Below, in pieces: positions 37,638-50,766 of a stretch of DNA of 64,000 nt. This DNA is from Mobula hypostoma (taxonomy: Eukaryota), in contig NC_086108.1 of assembly GCF_963921235.1 (NCBI RefSeq), positions 57,662,001-57,726,000 of the forward strand. Reading direction: 5' to 3'. The notes under the pieces are model-generated. The model worked only from the letters and a program-made list of their open reading frames with translations. It had not been told where the DNA came from and ran no database searches. Positions within the stretch are counted from its first letter, which is position 1, and every line of letters starts with the position of its first letter. Position numbers and translations under genes: made by a program.

Positions 37638-40008
37638 ATGTCCTGGATACTACGGAGCCTAGGGCCCATGATGGAACTGACTAGTTTTACAAGTCTTTGC
37701 AGCTTACTTCAATCCTGTGCAGTGGTACTCCCAACCCCATCCCCCACCCTCCATTATCAGAAGGTGATGCATCCAATAAGAATGCTGTACATCCGTAGAA
37801 ATTTGAAAGTTGCTTTTTTTTTTGGTGACGTACCAAATCTCCTGAAACTCGTAGTAAAATAGAGCCACTGTCTTGCCTTCTTTATGGCTGCATTGATATG
37901 TTGGGTCCAGATTAGGTCCTCAGAGATATTGACACCTAGGAACTTGAGATTGCTTGGTCTCTCCAATTCTGATCCCTCTGAGGACTGGTATGTGTTCCCT
38001 TGCCTTGCCCTTTCTGAAGTCTGCAATCAGTTGTTTGATCTTACTGAAGTTGAGTGCGGGGTTGTTGCTATGACACCACTCAACCAGCTGGTATATCTCA
38101 GTCCAGTGAGCCCTGTCATCTCCATCTGAGATTCTGTCAGCAATAGTTATGTCACCAGCAAATTTACAGAAGGCATTTGAGCTAGCTACAGAGTCATAGG
38201 TGTAGAGAGAGTTGAGCGGTGGGCTAAGCACAAACCCCTGAGGTGAACCAGTGTTGGTGGTCAGTGAGGTAGAGATATTATTTCAAATCCCCACAGATTG
38301 TGGTCTTCTGGTGAGGAAATTGAGGATCCAGTTACAGAAGGAGGTACGGAGGCCCAGTGGGAATGATGGTGTTAAATGCTGAGCTGAAATCAGCCAAGAG
38401 CATCCTGACCATTGGTATTAGTTATCTCCAAGTGATCCAAGGCTGCGTGGAGTGCCAATGAGATTGCATCTGCTGTAGACCTATTGTGGTGATAGGCAAA
38501 TTGCAGTGGGATCAGGTCCTTGCAGAGACAGGAGTTGATTCTAGCCATGACCAACCTCTCAAAGCACTTCATCACTGTAGATGTGAGTGTACTGGACATT
38601 AGTTGTTAAGGCTGTTCAGACTGCTCTTGGGCACTGGTATAATCGTGGCTCCTTTTGAAGCAGGTGGGAACTTCTGACAGTAGCAATGAGAGATTGAAAA
38701 TGTTTTTGAACACGCCCGCCTGTTGGTTGGCACAGGTTTCAGAGCCTTACCAGGTCCTCTGTCAGGCTGGTCACCTTGCGAGGGTTCGCCCTCTTGAAAG
38801 GCAGCCTGACATCGGCCTCAGAGACAGAGATCACAGGGTCACCGGGTGATGCAGGGGTCCTCATAGCTATAGTTTTATTCTCCCTTTCAAAGTGTAAAAG
38901 GCATTGAGCTTGTCTGGGAGTGAAGCATCACTGCCATTCATGATGTTGGGTTTTGATTTCTAGGAGGTGATGGCCTACAAACCCTGCCCGTTGCCATGCA
39001 CCCCTCCAACCTCGCTCGGAATTGTTCCTTAGCTCTTAAAATAACCCTCTGTTTGTCTTACCTGGTTTTCTTGTACAGACCTGGGTCGCTAGACTTGAAT
39101 GCCACAGATCTATCCCTCAGCAGACTACAAACCTCCTGGTTCATCCAGGACTTTTGGTTTGGGAATGTACAGTAAGTTCTTGTAGGCACACAATCATCCA
39201 CACAGGTTTTAATGAAGTCAGTGACAGTTGTGGCGTACCCTTTCAGACTTGAAGATGAATTTCTGATTACAGTGCAGCTGACCAATTCAAAGCACTGCTG
39301 TAAGTGCTCCTGCCCCTCCCTTGTCCATAGCTTCTTGGCCCTCACTGTGGTGCATAGATCCACTTTGATAAAGTGGTTTGAGAGGTTGGTGATGAAACAT
39401 ATCAACTCCTGCCTGAGAAATGACTTGGATCCAATCCAATTAGCTTACCTGCACAACAGATCGACAGCAGCTGCCATTTCAATGGCTCTTCTTCACTTAA
39501 ACACTGGAACACCTGGATAGCAAAGGTGCATACATCTAGACACACTTTATTGATTACAGCCTGGTATTCAATACTATTTTCCCCTCAAAACTGATCAATA
39601 GGATTCAAAACCTTGACCTGAATACCTCCTTGTACCATTGGCTACTCAATTTCCTCACTTGCAGACTCCAGTCAGTTCGGATTGGCAACAACATGTCTTC
39701 CAGAATCTCCATCAACACTGATGTACCAAAAGGCTGTGTGCTTAACTCCCTGCACTACTTGCTTTATACTTATGACTGTGAGGCTAAGCACAGCTCCAAT
39801 GCCATATTTAAATTTTCTGATATCACTATTGTCATTTGCTGAATCAATCAGTTTATAAGAAGGAGATTTAAAATCTAGCTGAGTGGTGCTACAATAACTT
39901 ACTCAATGTCAGCAAGACCAAGGAGCTGGTTATGGACTTCAGGAAGAGGAAACCAGAGGTCCATGAGCCAGTTCTCATCAGGAGATCAAAGGTGGAGATG
40001 GGCAGCTA

Positions 40009-40496
40009 CAAGGGGTGATTGATAAGTTCGTGGCCTAAGGTAGAAGAAGTCAATTTTAGAAAACTTAGCACATTTATTTTTCAACATTATCCCCTCCTAC
40101 ATTTACACACTTAGTCCAGCGGTTGTGGAGCATACAGATCCCTTCTTTGTAGAAGTCGGCATCTTGGACCTCCAGAAAGTGGTCCACAGCAGGGATGATT
40201 GATAAGTTCGTGGCCTATGGTAGAAGGAAATGAGTTGTACAGCTCTCGTTACATGCACGTGCAGCTCAACAATTTGAGTGATTATGCAGAAAGTTCGAAG
40301 TTAATAACTCATCTTCTTCTACCTTAGGCCACAAACTTATCAATCACCCCTGCTGTGGACCGCTTCTGGAGGTCCAAGACGCCGACTTCGACAAAGAAGG
40401 GATCTGTATGGTCCATGACTGCTGGACTAAGTGTGTAAATGTAGGAAAAATAAATGTCCTTCTACCTTAGGCCACAAACTTATCAATCACCCCGCC
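40009..40496. mobile_element. Palindromic mariner-like MITE
   Basis: TIR ggggtgattgataagttcgtggcctaaggtagaag; TA flanks; internal duplicate TIR pair. Confidence 0.88.
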
Positions 40497-42099
40497 TACT
40501 TTAAATTTCTTGGTATTGTCATTTTAGAATATCTAGGCCCAGCATTCAAGTGCCATTATGAAGGAAGCACGGCAATGCCTCTACTTAGAAGTTTGTGAAG
40601 ATTCAGCATGACATCTAAAACTTTGACAAACTTCTATAGATGTGTGGAGGATAGCATATTGACTGGTTGAATCACAGCCTGGTATAGAAACACCCTTGAA
40701 TAGAAAATCCTACAAAATCTACACAGAGTACTGCCATTAGGACGAAGGTACAGGAGCCACAGGACCCACAGCACCAGGTTCAGGAGCAGTTGTTATCCCT
40801 CAATCATCAGGCTCTTCAACCAGAGGGGATAACTTCACCTGCCCCTTTTCTGAATTGTTCCCACAATCTATGGACTCAATATGGACTCAATTTCAAGGTT
40901 TCTTCATCTCATTGCTTATTTATTTATTATTATATTTTTTTAATTTCATTTATTCTATTGTGTTTCTTGGATTTACTGTGTATGCCCGCAAGAAAACAAA
41001 TCTCAGGGTTGTATATGGTGACATATACTGTTTTTTCCTTTGACTAATTTATTTTGAACTTCTGTCCTGCTCCCACCACATCAGACTCCCATTCACAATC
41101 ACTCTGCTATTACGTCTTTCCATGCTTTATGAAACATTGTCTACTAACAGCTCATTTCTGTTTTGAGTCATCTTTCAGCCGTCCTTCCCTTTCCTGCAAT
41201 GAAAATTGAAATATATAGAAAATAAAGTCAAGATCACTACAACTAGCCTGGTTCATCACAAAATGGGGAAAACATTCTTTTGCATTAGAATCTTAAGCTC
41301 ATTTTGAAAAACTGCACTAACAGTTTTGTTAGTCATACAATTTAAATAGCCATATTATTTAACAATGCTCGGTAAGTGACACCTCTTCACAAAGTTGTTG
41401 AAAAATTATTTGGCTGAAAAGCCAGAATTCTGCTGCTCAATGCTTTCAAGCCACAAGCAACCTTAATTTTTGTTTACTACCACACTGTCTGGCACCTTTT
41501 TGTTTAATGCCTCCTAAAGCCAATTTCTCCTGGGTTCATTGATCACCATGTTTTAAGTGAATGTGATCTTAAAGGGAAAGTATAAAATTATTCAACTAGA
41601 ATGATGGTTGTGTGATATCAGAGAGCTGTTGGTGCCAGTGAACTAGCAGACCAGAATGAATCACCGCTTTCAAATTGAGAGTTATTTTTATTGAAAGAAA
41701 TAAAATCATGAAGTGATGGTGCAAAATATATTTTGCTTCAATATTTGAACTGGAACAGGGAGAAATATAACCATAACTGATTTTGTACAGAAGCAACAGG
41801 CTTGTAGAAGCTAGTTCTGATGACCTTTGTTTTTATTTCCCTTTTCCTTTAATTGATAACTTTGAAATTTGGACTGTAGAAATACCAATTCTAACTGCTG
41901 TCATGAAAATTGTAGTTCAGGATTAATGTTAAAAATATTATTTTACTTGCTTTCTTTATATGAGTAAAAATATGGGCTGTCTTCCATTTAACCAGTCTTT
42001 TAGGAAACCAGACCAAAACTACAGATATAAAAAGTAAGAACAGTAGTGATGGAAATACTGAGCGGGAGGAAAGAGCAACACGCCCTGAAGATACTTTAA

Positions 42100-42600
42100 G
42101 AACTAGAAAGGGAGAAATCTTTTGACCTCCTCTCCAAGATCCACAAATGGAACTCACAGGGCTGATGCATTCTTTTAATCTGCTTTTGCCCTACAAACTT
42201 TCTAACTCCCAGCTCGACTCTGTCTGCTTCCCACCACTTTGACATTTCTATTTCCTTGTTCCCGGCTGGCTGATCTTTACCATGGACATAAAATATCTCA
42301 ACGCCCCACCCCACATCCGGAGAGTTTGCAGGCCCATCACTTCCATAAACAGAGGCCCAATTACTTGCCTCCACCAATACACACGTGCATTTGCCTAGTT
42401 GAACTTAGTCTTGCATTGAACAGTACCTCTTGATCAATGGTGTAGCTCTGCGAACATATGTAGACCCAAGCTGCATGTCCCGTTTTTTGGGGGGGATCAG
42501 AACTTTTTTGCTTCAGTCCAATCCAGTCCCACTTGTTATGATCTTGTTGATACTGATTCCTGCATTCATACAGAACTTGAAAATTTCAGCACTTTTGCGA
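42100..42600 (+). mobile_element. Old Penelope-like RT remnant
   Basis: INGVALRTYVDPSCMSRFLG resembles the Penelope RT motif G.AMG..MGPSYA.LF. Confidence 0.5.
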
Positions 42601-42613
42601 CCAGTGCACGTTA

Positions 42614-42782
42614 TTCTCACCTTCACGTGGTAGTTTCTCACTCCACTTCTCACCTTCACGTGGTAGTTTCTCACTCCACTTCTCACCTTCACGTGGTAGT
42701 TTCTCACTCCACTTCTCACCTTCACGTGGTAGTTTCTCACTCCACTTCTCACCTTCACGTGATAGTTTCTCACTCCACTTCT
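42614..42782. repeat. 33-bp minisatellite, 5 copies
   Basis: Unit ttctcaccttcacgtggtagtttctcactccac; four identical copies and one with a single substitution. Confidence 0.97.
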
Positions 42783-42809
42783 GCTTCCGGATGAAGTCAT
42801 GCAACTGTA

Positions 42810-43108
42810 GTGCACCATAGACTGTAGTTAGTGCGATGCTATTACAGCTCGGAGTGCTGGCATTCAGGGGTCTGTCCTGGCACTCTCTGTAACGTGTCTC
42901 TGTACATCCTCCATGTAGAATGCATGCATTTTCCCTGGCTGCACCAGCTTCCCCTCACCGTCCTAAGATGTACCGGGTAGGTTATTTGGTCACTGTAAAT
43001 TGTTCCATCATTACGTTAGGGTTAATCATCGTTGTCGGAGGTTGCTGGAGCGGCCTGCCTCAAAGGGCCGGAAGAGCATACTCCACTACGTGTTGATAAA
43101 TGAATAAA
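42810..43108 (+). mobile_element. tRNA-derived SINE (HE1/V-SINE-like), diverged
   Basis: gggtaggttatttggtcactgtaaattgttcc body; aataaa tail. Confidence 0.75.
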
Positions 43109-44622
43109 GTTATCGTGATATTGAAAAAGAGGAAAACCAGTTAGCACAGCCTGGCTGTATCTTTCAACCTATTGCGCTCCTTTGCTTGTGTTATCACTGT
43201 CAACATTGACCACGACTTATCCCAGCATTAACCTTGGCCTTGGCAATTGAAGACAAAAATAGCTTTTTTGATTGCTGTTTGATCTGAAATGTCAACTCTG
43301 TTAATCTTTTCACAGGTGTTGACTGACTTGCTGATTTTCTGTCTCTAACTTTTGCATTTATGATGAAAGTAATGCTGCGAGATGATATTTACCGTTCATT
43401 CAAAGTTGCTTTGTGGCCATTAAATATTAACAGTTACTGTAGAATTGGATCATGCGCAGGTTAGTGATAAGTTTCAATACAAGCAGCTTTTGGTTTACAG
43501 CAACATTTTAGAAAATCAGCACAATGTCTGTACCACAATTTGAATTAATGACAGACTTGAATTTTTCGAAGAGCCATCCATTTAACTGGAAAATGAAAAA
43601 TGTACTCTATCATAATTTTGAATTTGGATGTTGTTTTCCATAATACTTCAAATTGAAATATGATTATTTAGGTGTGGAGTTGCTAGGGTGTTATTGGAAA
43701 TTGTAGGAATAATGATACTAACTGATTAAAAAGACTATGTCATTACTTGATCTTGATATAATATCATTTAATTCCCTTAGAGACACATTGCATTGTTATT
43801 AATAGTTGTTTCCCTCATGTTATCTTTATCTGATAATGTGGCATAGTTTTACACAATTCCTATTACTGCTACATTTTCTTGTACTTTTCAAATTTAAAGG
43901 TGAAAATAAGACTATGAACAACTGTGCATAGTTTCCAGTGAATCTGTGTATTCTTTTTGCATTCTCTTATCACTTTGTAATCCGTATAGCTCAATATATT
44001 GAGATAATCAACTTTTGTAATGCAGTGGAACAGAATATCCATGAAAATGAATGGGATATATTTTCATTGTGATGATTCTCTGCCACCTTCCAAATTACAC
44101 CCTGACATTGCCCAAACAAATATCCCGCCAGCTCATCATATTTTTCCTGTGGAAAATAATGGTCTCGTCAATCTTAGAAATGAAGCAACTGTATAGCTAG
44201 TCGTGTAGAATGCCCTTGAGAGAGTATTAGTTTGCTATCTCATGGCCGAGCTGCCCGTTTTCCCCCTTTGTCCACAACAGCAAGACCATTGCTCTGTACT
44301 CTTAGTTTAATATTAATATTATTGACTACAAACAAATGTAATGCATTAATTGGCTTTTCCTGAGCATGGCATTGGAGCAGTGACATGACCTGCAAGTTGC
44401 ATGGTTACCATGGCACCCACAACCAGACACCGAGGCTCCTTTTTTGTGTCATTATCTGACTGAGTTCTTACTCACATGTAACTAATTAGTGTTCTCAGTT
44501 CTTGCAAAACCAGAATAAGAGTTAAAGATTGGGTCAAAAGATGTAAGTTAATAATAATGTTGGGTGTTGGAGGAGTATTGGGGGAAAAATCGGGAAGGGA
44601 AGGGACTTGTGATAATGAGGCA

Positions 44623-44647
44623 GGTGTGTGTGTGTGTGTGTGTGTGC
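44623..44647. repeat. (GT)n microsatellite
   Basis: Directly visible. Confidence 0.95.
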
Positions 44648-45039
44648 ACGCATGTGAGAGAGAAAGAAAACATTAGATGTTAGCAAATATTTTCAGTGCA
44701 CTTAGGCAGAGTTTGATTTGATCTGCTTTGATTTCCTTCCCTCTTAACTCCCTGAAACACTCTCCCGATGTCACTTGCTTTCTCACTCCTACACATCATC
44801 TCAATTAATTTTACTTAGAGGAATTGGCATTAGCTAGGAAGTGATACCAGATGATTCATAGAGTTTGAGGGAGTGAAGAGTGGGTGAATATGTGCTAACT
44901 TCACAGTGGAAACTGAGAAGGAAAGTACACACGGCTTTGGAAGTGGAATTGAGACATTATTACTGGTGCAAAATGAAGGCTGTAAGGGAATACAAGGGGA
45001 TCAATAGTCACAATGTGATGCAGCAAATTTGTCCATACA

Positions 45040-45700
45040 TGTTCTTGCTAACCATCAAATTCCTCACCTTACCAGCACTTGCTCCATAGCCTACTACTTC
45101 TTGGCGATTCAGTTGCTTGCACATGCTTCTTAAATGTTGTGAGAGAGTCCCTGCTTCAACCAAGTTATCACAGTTTACTTTTTAGATTGCAGCCACTCTC
45201 AAGGTGACAAAGATCATCTTCAGAAAACAAACTCCGCCTACAGTCTCTTGTAACTGAAATTTTCCATCCCAGTCAACATCATGGTGAATTTCTCTGTAGC
45301 CTCTCCGTTATAATCATGTCCTTCCTATAGTGTGGCAAGTAGAACTGCAAATAATACTTCAGCTGTGGCCTACTCACTGTTTTAAGAAATTATATCAAGA
45401 CCTCTATGCATTTATTATCTATGCTCCAGCTAATTAAAATAAGTATCTTGCATGATACCTTCAACAGTCCTCCTGCATTTTCAGCCACCTGAAGGGATAT
45501 TGGTCTCAAACAACAATGTTCCCAATCAATCGACATATGTGTCATCACTATTTGATCCCTAAAATACATCACCTTATACTTAACAGGGTTAAATTTCAAC
45601 TAGCATTGTCCTGCCCAGTTTCTCATCTGATTAATATCATTCTATGGCCCAAAAATCCTTGCAATAAATAACACTGCCATTTTTGGAGCAGAAGAGTTAT
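45040..45700 (-). mobile_element. Old CR1 3' fragment
   Basis: KFNPVKYKVMYF and cttcctatagtgtggcaagtagaactg motifs. Confidence 0.65.
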
Positions 45701-45809
45701 TGGCCAACTGATCCCTAAAAAGTGTTCTGCCATTCTGTATGGTTATGGCTGATCCAATATTGGCCTCAATGCCACCTTTCAAAGTGTGCTTTGAAAGGGA
45801 AAAAAAACA

Positions 45810-46715
45810 CTAAGTGAATCCCCACAGCCTCTGGCAACTCGCTGATCTTTTCACAGAAGCTGATGTCAGAACACTCTTTCCTAGAGGGTGTACCTGGCAG
45901 GGTACCAGCAGGCTAGAGTTTTCAAGGACATCTTCAGCCTCTCACTGCTGTAGCTGGAGGTTCCCAGCTACTTCAAAAGGGCAGCAATCATACTGGTGCC
46001 CAAGTCGAGCAGGGTGAGCTGCCTCGATGGGTATCACCCGGCAGCACTCAGATCTACTGTGATGAAGTGCTTTGAGAGGTTGATCTTGGCCGGAATTAAC
46101 TCTTGCCTGAGCAAGGGACTGGACCTGCTGCATTTTGCCTATCACAGCAGACTTACAATAAACACCAACTGGCTCTCCACTCGGATTTGAAGCTCCTAGT
46201 CAACAGGCTACTACTTAACGATTACAGCTCCATGTTCTACATCATCATCCCCTCTGTACTAATCAACAAGCTTTAAACCTGAATTTCTCTATCTCCCTCT
46301 GCAACTGAGTTTTTGATTTTTTTATCCAGAGACCACAGTACAGATTGATAAGAATATCTCTTCCTCACTAACAATCAACACTCCTCAAGGAAGTGTGGTT
46401 AGCCCACTTCTCCATTCTCTCCACTTTCATGACCGAGTGGCTTGGTGCAGCTCAAATGCCAGCCATAAATTCTCTGACACAACTGTTGGCAGAATCTCAG
46501 CTGGTGATGAGGAGGGAACAGAAGTGACATTGGTTGAGTGGTGTTGCCATTGCAACCTCCCACACAACATCAGCAAGAAGTTGGGTTGGTTGCAAGGTGA
46601 AGGAATTGATTATGGACTTTGGGAAGGGGAAGTAAGGAGGACACATACCAGTCCTTACTAAGAGGTCAGCGATGGAAATCGGGAGCAACTTCCAGTTCCT
46701 GGTTGTCAGCATCTA
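45810..46715 (+). mobile_element. Rex1/Babar RT fragment
   Basis: YHPAALRSTVMKCFERLI, LDLLHFAY, KFSDTTVG. Confidence 0.85.
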
Positions 46716-47534
46716 TTGTGTCAAGGGAACATGCTGCCGATAATCCCTTGTTGCACAGCCCCTCATCTGCATAGTTTTGATTATCTATTATCATTGGGAT
46801 GTCTTCATAAAGACCAATTCAAAATAATTATACATAATCTTTGACATTTCAAATTCCCCATTATAAAATTCTCAGCACCATCCTCCAAGAGACCAAAACT
46901 TTGATAATTAGGGACCCTCAGAGCTTTAGTGGTGCGGGACTGGCAGATTTTTTTTTGAACTACAGTATTGGATATTACACATTATCAAGTTTCAATTTGC
47001 CTTTTTTTTTCTTGCTACACAGGAAAATTAGAATTTTTTTTAGTGTACCAGGTGGGTTTAAAGAGACTGTGGTCAACAAAATCTGGAGAGTTTAAAGGAT
47101 GTGTGGAAATGGACCTTTAAAGGACAAATTTGGCAAACAGCTTCCTGGGTTGTTCAGAAGAAGTCCAAGAAGCCAGACCCCGGTAAATTGAAAGGAGTGT
47201 CAGTGAGTTTAAAAGGAGCGTGGGAAACATCAGTCAGTGAGCCAAGTAGTGAACTATCAAAATTGCCAAATATCAGACTTCTGCAATATCAAAGCGTAAA
47301 AAAAACTTTAAAAGTTGTTCTAAGTGGTGATCCTGAATACATCTATTAACCAGTTCTCAGGGTGATCCTTGCCAATTTATTTATCCAATTTATTTAGTGG
47401 AATTGTCTATTATTCCAATACTTTATTAGAAACCCATTATGTCTTGATTTATACCCTATGCTACAGTATAGCTGTTGTGAAATGTTTTGTATACTGCACC
47501 CACTAATGACTTCTTACTGTTACTATTTCTTACA

Positions 47535-48736
47535 CTGATGAGGGTAGAGCAGTAGATGTAGTGTATATGGATTTCAGCAAGGCATTTGATAAGGTACCCC
47601 ATGCAAGGCTTATTGAGAATGTAAGGAGGCATGGGATCCAAGGGGACATTGCTTTGTGGATCCAGAACTGGCTTGCCCACAGAGGGCAAAGAGTGGTTGT
47701 AGATGGGTCATATTTTGCATGGAGGTTAGTGACCAGTGGTGTGCCTCTGGGATCTGTTCTGGGACTCCCTCTCTTTGTGATTTTTATCAATGACCTGGAT
47801 GAGGAAGTGGAGGGATAGGTTAGTAAATTTGCTGATGACATAAAGATTGGGGGTGTTGTGGATAGTGTGGAGGGTTGTCAGAGGTTACAGCGGGACATCG
47901 ATAAGATGCAAAACTGGGCTGAGAAGTGGTAGATGGAGTTCAATCCAGATAAATATGAGGTGGTTCATTTTGGTAGGTCAAATATGATGACAGAATATAG
48001 TATTAATGGTCAGACTCTTGGCAGTGTGGAGGATCAGAGGGATCTTGAGGTCCGAGTCCATAGGACACTCAAAGCTGCTGCGCAGGTTGACTCTGTGGTT
48101 GAGTAGGCATATGGTGCATTGGCCTTCATCAATCGTGGGATTGATTTAAGAGCTGAAGGGTAATGTTTCAGCTGTGTAGGACCCTGGTCAGACCCCACTT
48201 GGAGTACTGTGCTCAGTTCTGGTCGCCTCAATGCAGGAAGGATGTGGAAACCATAGAAAGGGTACAGGGGAGATTTACAAGGATGTTGGCTTGATTGGGG
48301 AGCATGCCTTATGAGAATAGGTTGAGTGAATTTGGCCTTTTCTCCTTGGAGTGACGCAAGATGAGAGGTGACCTAATAGAGGTGTATAAGATGATGAGAT
48401 GCATTGATCGTGTGGATACTCAGAGGCTTTTTCCCAGGGGTGAAATGGCTAACACGAGAGGGCACAGTTTTAAGATGTTTGGAAGTAGGTACAGAGGAGA
48501 TGTCAGGTGTAAGTTTTTTACTCCTAGAGAGTGGTGAGTGCGTGGAATGGGCTGCCGGCAACAGTGGTGGAGGCGGATACGATAGGATCTTTTAAGAGAC
48601 TCCTGGACAGGTACATGGAGCTTAGAAAAATAGAGGGCTATGGGTAACCCTAGGTAATTTCTAAAGTATGTACATGTTCGGCACAGCATTCTGGGCTGTA
48701 AGGCCTGTATTGTGCTGTAGGTTTTCTATGTTTCTA
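47535..48736 (+). mobile_element. CR1 LINE 3' half
   Basis: [28 protein letters not shown]; tail ttttctatgtttct. Confidence 0.95.
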
Positions 48737-49144
48737 TCCAACTTGAGCTTCGAAGTCAATATCATTCCTTACTATTGTAGTGTTCATATCTTTATGAACA
48801 GAATTACCCTGCCAATTTTCTCTTCTACTGATCCTACTGAATTGCCAAGTATCTGTGAGTATTCATTTTAATCAATGAGGTGAAGCAAAGTGCAAGAAGC
48901 CTGTTTACCGAGTGAGTGCAGGTATATACCTGCTGGATAAAGTGCCTGCACTCTGGGCTGTGTATTGCAAAGTACTGTGTGATGACTGTTGAGTTTGTAC
49001 AAACATAAGGAAAACATTTTCCATGCAAACATCAAAGAGAGAATGCAAACAACAGGAATTCTGCAGATGCTGGAAATTCAAGCAACACACATCAAAGTTG
49101 CTGGTGAACGCAGCAGGCCAGGCAGCATCTCTAGGAAGAGGTAC

Positions 49145-49180
49145 AGTCGACGTTTCAGGCCGAGACCCTTTGTCAGGACT
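49145..49180 (-). ncRNA. Minimal type I hammerhead ribozyme motif (G8-to-A variant)
   Basis: agtc-CTGACAA-agggtctcggcct-GAAACGTC-gact. Confidence 0.65.
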
Positions 49181-50730
49181 AACTGAAGGAAGAGTTAGTA
49201 AGAGATTTGAAAGTGGGAGGGGGAGGGGGGGATCCAAAATGATAGGAGAAGACAAGAGGGGGAGGGATGGAGCCAAGAGCTGGACAGGTGATTGGCAAAA
49301 GGGGATACGAGAGGATCATGGGACAGGAGGTCCGGGGAGAAAGACGGGGGGTGGGGGGGACCCAGAGGATGGGCAAGGGGTATAGTCAGAGGGACAGAGG
49401 GAGAAAAAAGAGAGAGAGAGAGAAAGAATGTGTGTATAAAAATAAATAACGGATGGGGTACGAGGGGGAGGTGGGGCATTAGCGGAAGTTAATGTTCATT
49501 CCATCAGGTTGGAGGCTACCCAGACGGAATATAAGGTGTTGTTCCTCCAACCTGAGTGTGGCTTCACCTTTACAGTAGAGGAGGCCGTGGATAGACATGT
49601 CAGAATGGGAATGGGATGTAGAATTAAAATGTGTGGCCACTGGGAGATCCTGCTTTCTCTGGCGGACAGAGCGTAGGTGTTCAGCAAAGCAGTCTCTCAG
49701 TCTGCGTCGGGTCTCGCCAATATATGGAAGGCCACATCAGGAGCACCGGACGCAGTATATCACCCCAGCCGACTCACAGGTGAAGTGTCGCCTCACCGGG
49801 AAGGACTGTCTGGGGCCCTGAATGGTGGTAAGGGAGGAAGTGCAAGGGCATGTGTAGCACTTATTCTGCTTACAAGGATAAGTGCCAGGAGGGAGATCAG
49901 TGGGGAGGGATGGGGGGAACGAATGGACAAGGGAGTTCCGTAGGGAGCGATCCCTGTGGAAAGGAGGGGGGGGTGGATGGAAAGATGTGCTTAGTGGTTG
50001 GATCCCGTTGGAGGTGGCGGAAGTTACGGAGAATAATATGTTGGACCCGGCGGCTGGTGGGGTGGTAGGTGAGGACCAGGGGAACCCTATTCCTAGTGGG
50101 GTGGCGGGAGGATGGAGTGATGTGCATGAAATGGGGGAGATGCGTTTGAGAGCAGAGTTGATGGTGGAGGAAGGGAAGCCCCTTTCTTTTAAAAAAAAAA
50201 GGACATCTCCCTCGTCCTGGACTGAAAAGCCTCATCCTGAGAGCAGATGTGGCAGAGACGGAGGAATTGTGAGAAGGGGATGGTATTTTTACAAGAGACG
50301 GTGAGAAGAGGAATAGTCCAGATGGCTGTGAGAGTCAGTAGGCTTATAGTAGACATCAGTGTATAAGCACCTTATATTCCATCTGGGTAGCCTCCAACCT
50401 GATGGCATCAACACTGACTTCTCTAACTTCTGCTAATGCCCCACCTCCCCCTCGTACCCCATCCGTTATTTATTTTTATACACACATTCTTTCTCTCTCT
50501 CTCTCTTTTTTCTCCCTCTGTCCCTCTGACTATACCCCTTGCCCATCCTCTGGGTCCCCCCCCCTCATCTTTCTCCCCGGGCCTCCTGTCCCATGATTCT
50601 CTCATATCCCCTTTGCCTATCACCTGTCCAGTTCTTGGCTGCATCCCTCCCCCTCCTGTCTTCTCCTATCATTTTGGATCTCCCCCTCCCCCTCCCACTT
50701 TCAAATCTCTTACTAACTCTTCCTTCAGTT

Positions 50731-50766
50731 AGTCCTGACGAAGGGTCTCGGCCTGAAACATCGACT
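50731..50766 (+). ncRNA. Minimal type I hammerhead ribozyme motif, core intact
   Basis: Stem I agtc/gact, core CTGACGA, stem II, GAAA, then CATC with the predicted cut after AUC. Confidence 0.75.

Larger units (their letters stand above)
35871..39350 (-). mobile_element. Rex1/Babar LINE in antisense, itself interrupted
   Basis: (tctgat)-type tail at 35871; ORFs 37757-38026, 37920-38231, 38390-38599 (LTSTVMKCFERLV) and 39058-39405. Confidence 0.85.
35265..41060 (+). mobile_element. Rex1/Babar LINE interrupted by antisense Rex1 copies and a MITE
   Basis: RT motif VALTS|TLIKWFERLV is split between about 35870 and 39358; PKGCVL and KFSD at 39630-39842; 3' UTR to about 41060. Confidence 0.75.

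Noticed and set aside
42614..42782. CRISPR-like array, or repeat protein ORFs 42513-42818 and 42586-42804
   Set aside because: Units are head-to-tail with no unique spacers, there are no cas genes and the context is vertebrate; the ORFs arise from a stop-free 33-bp unit.
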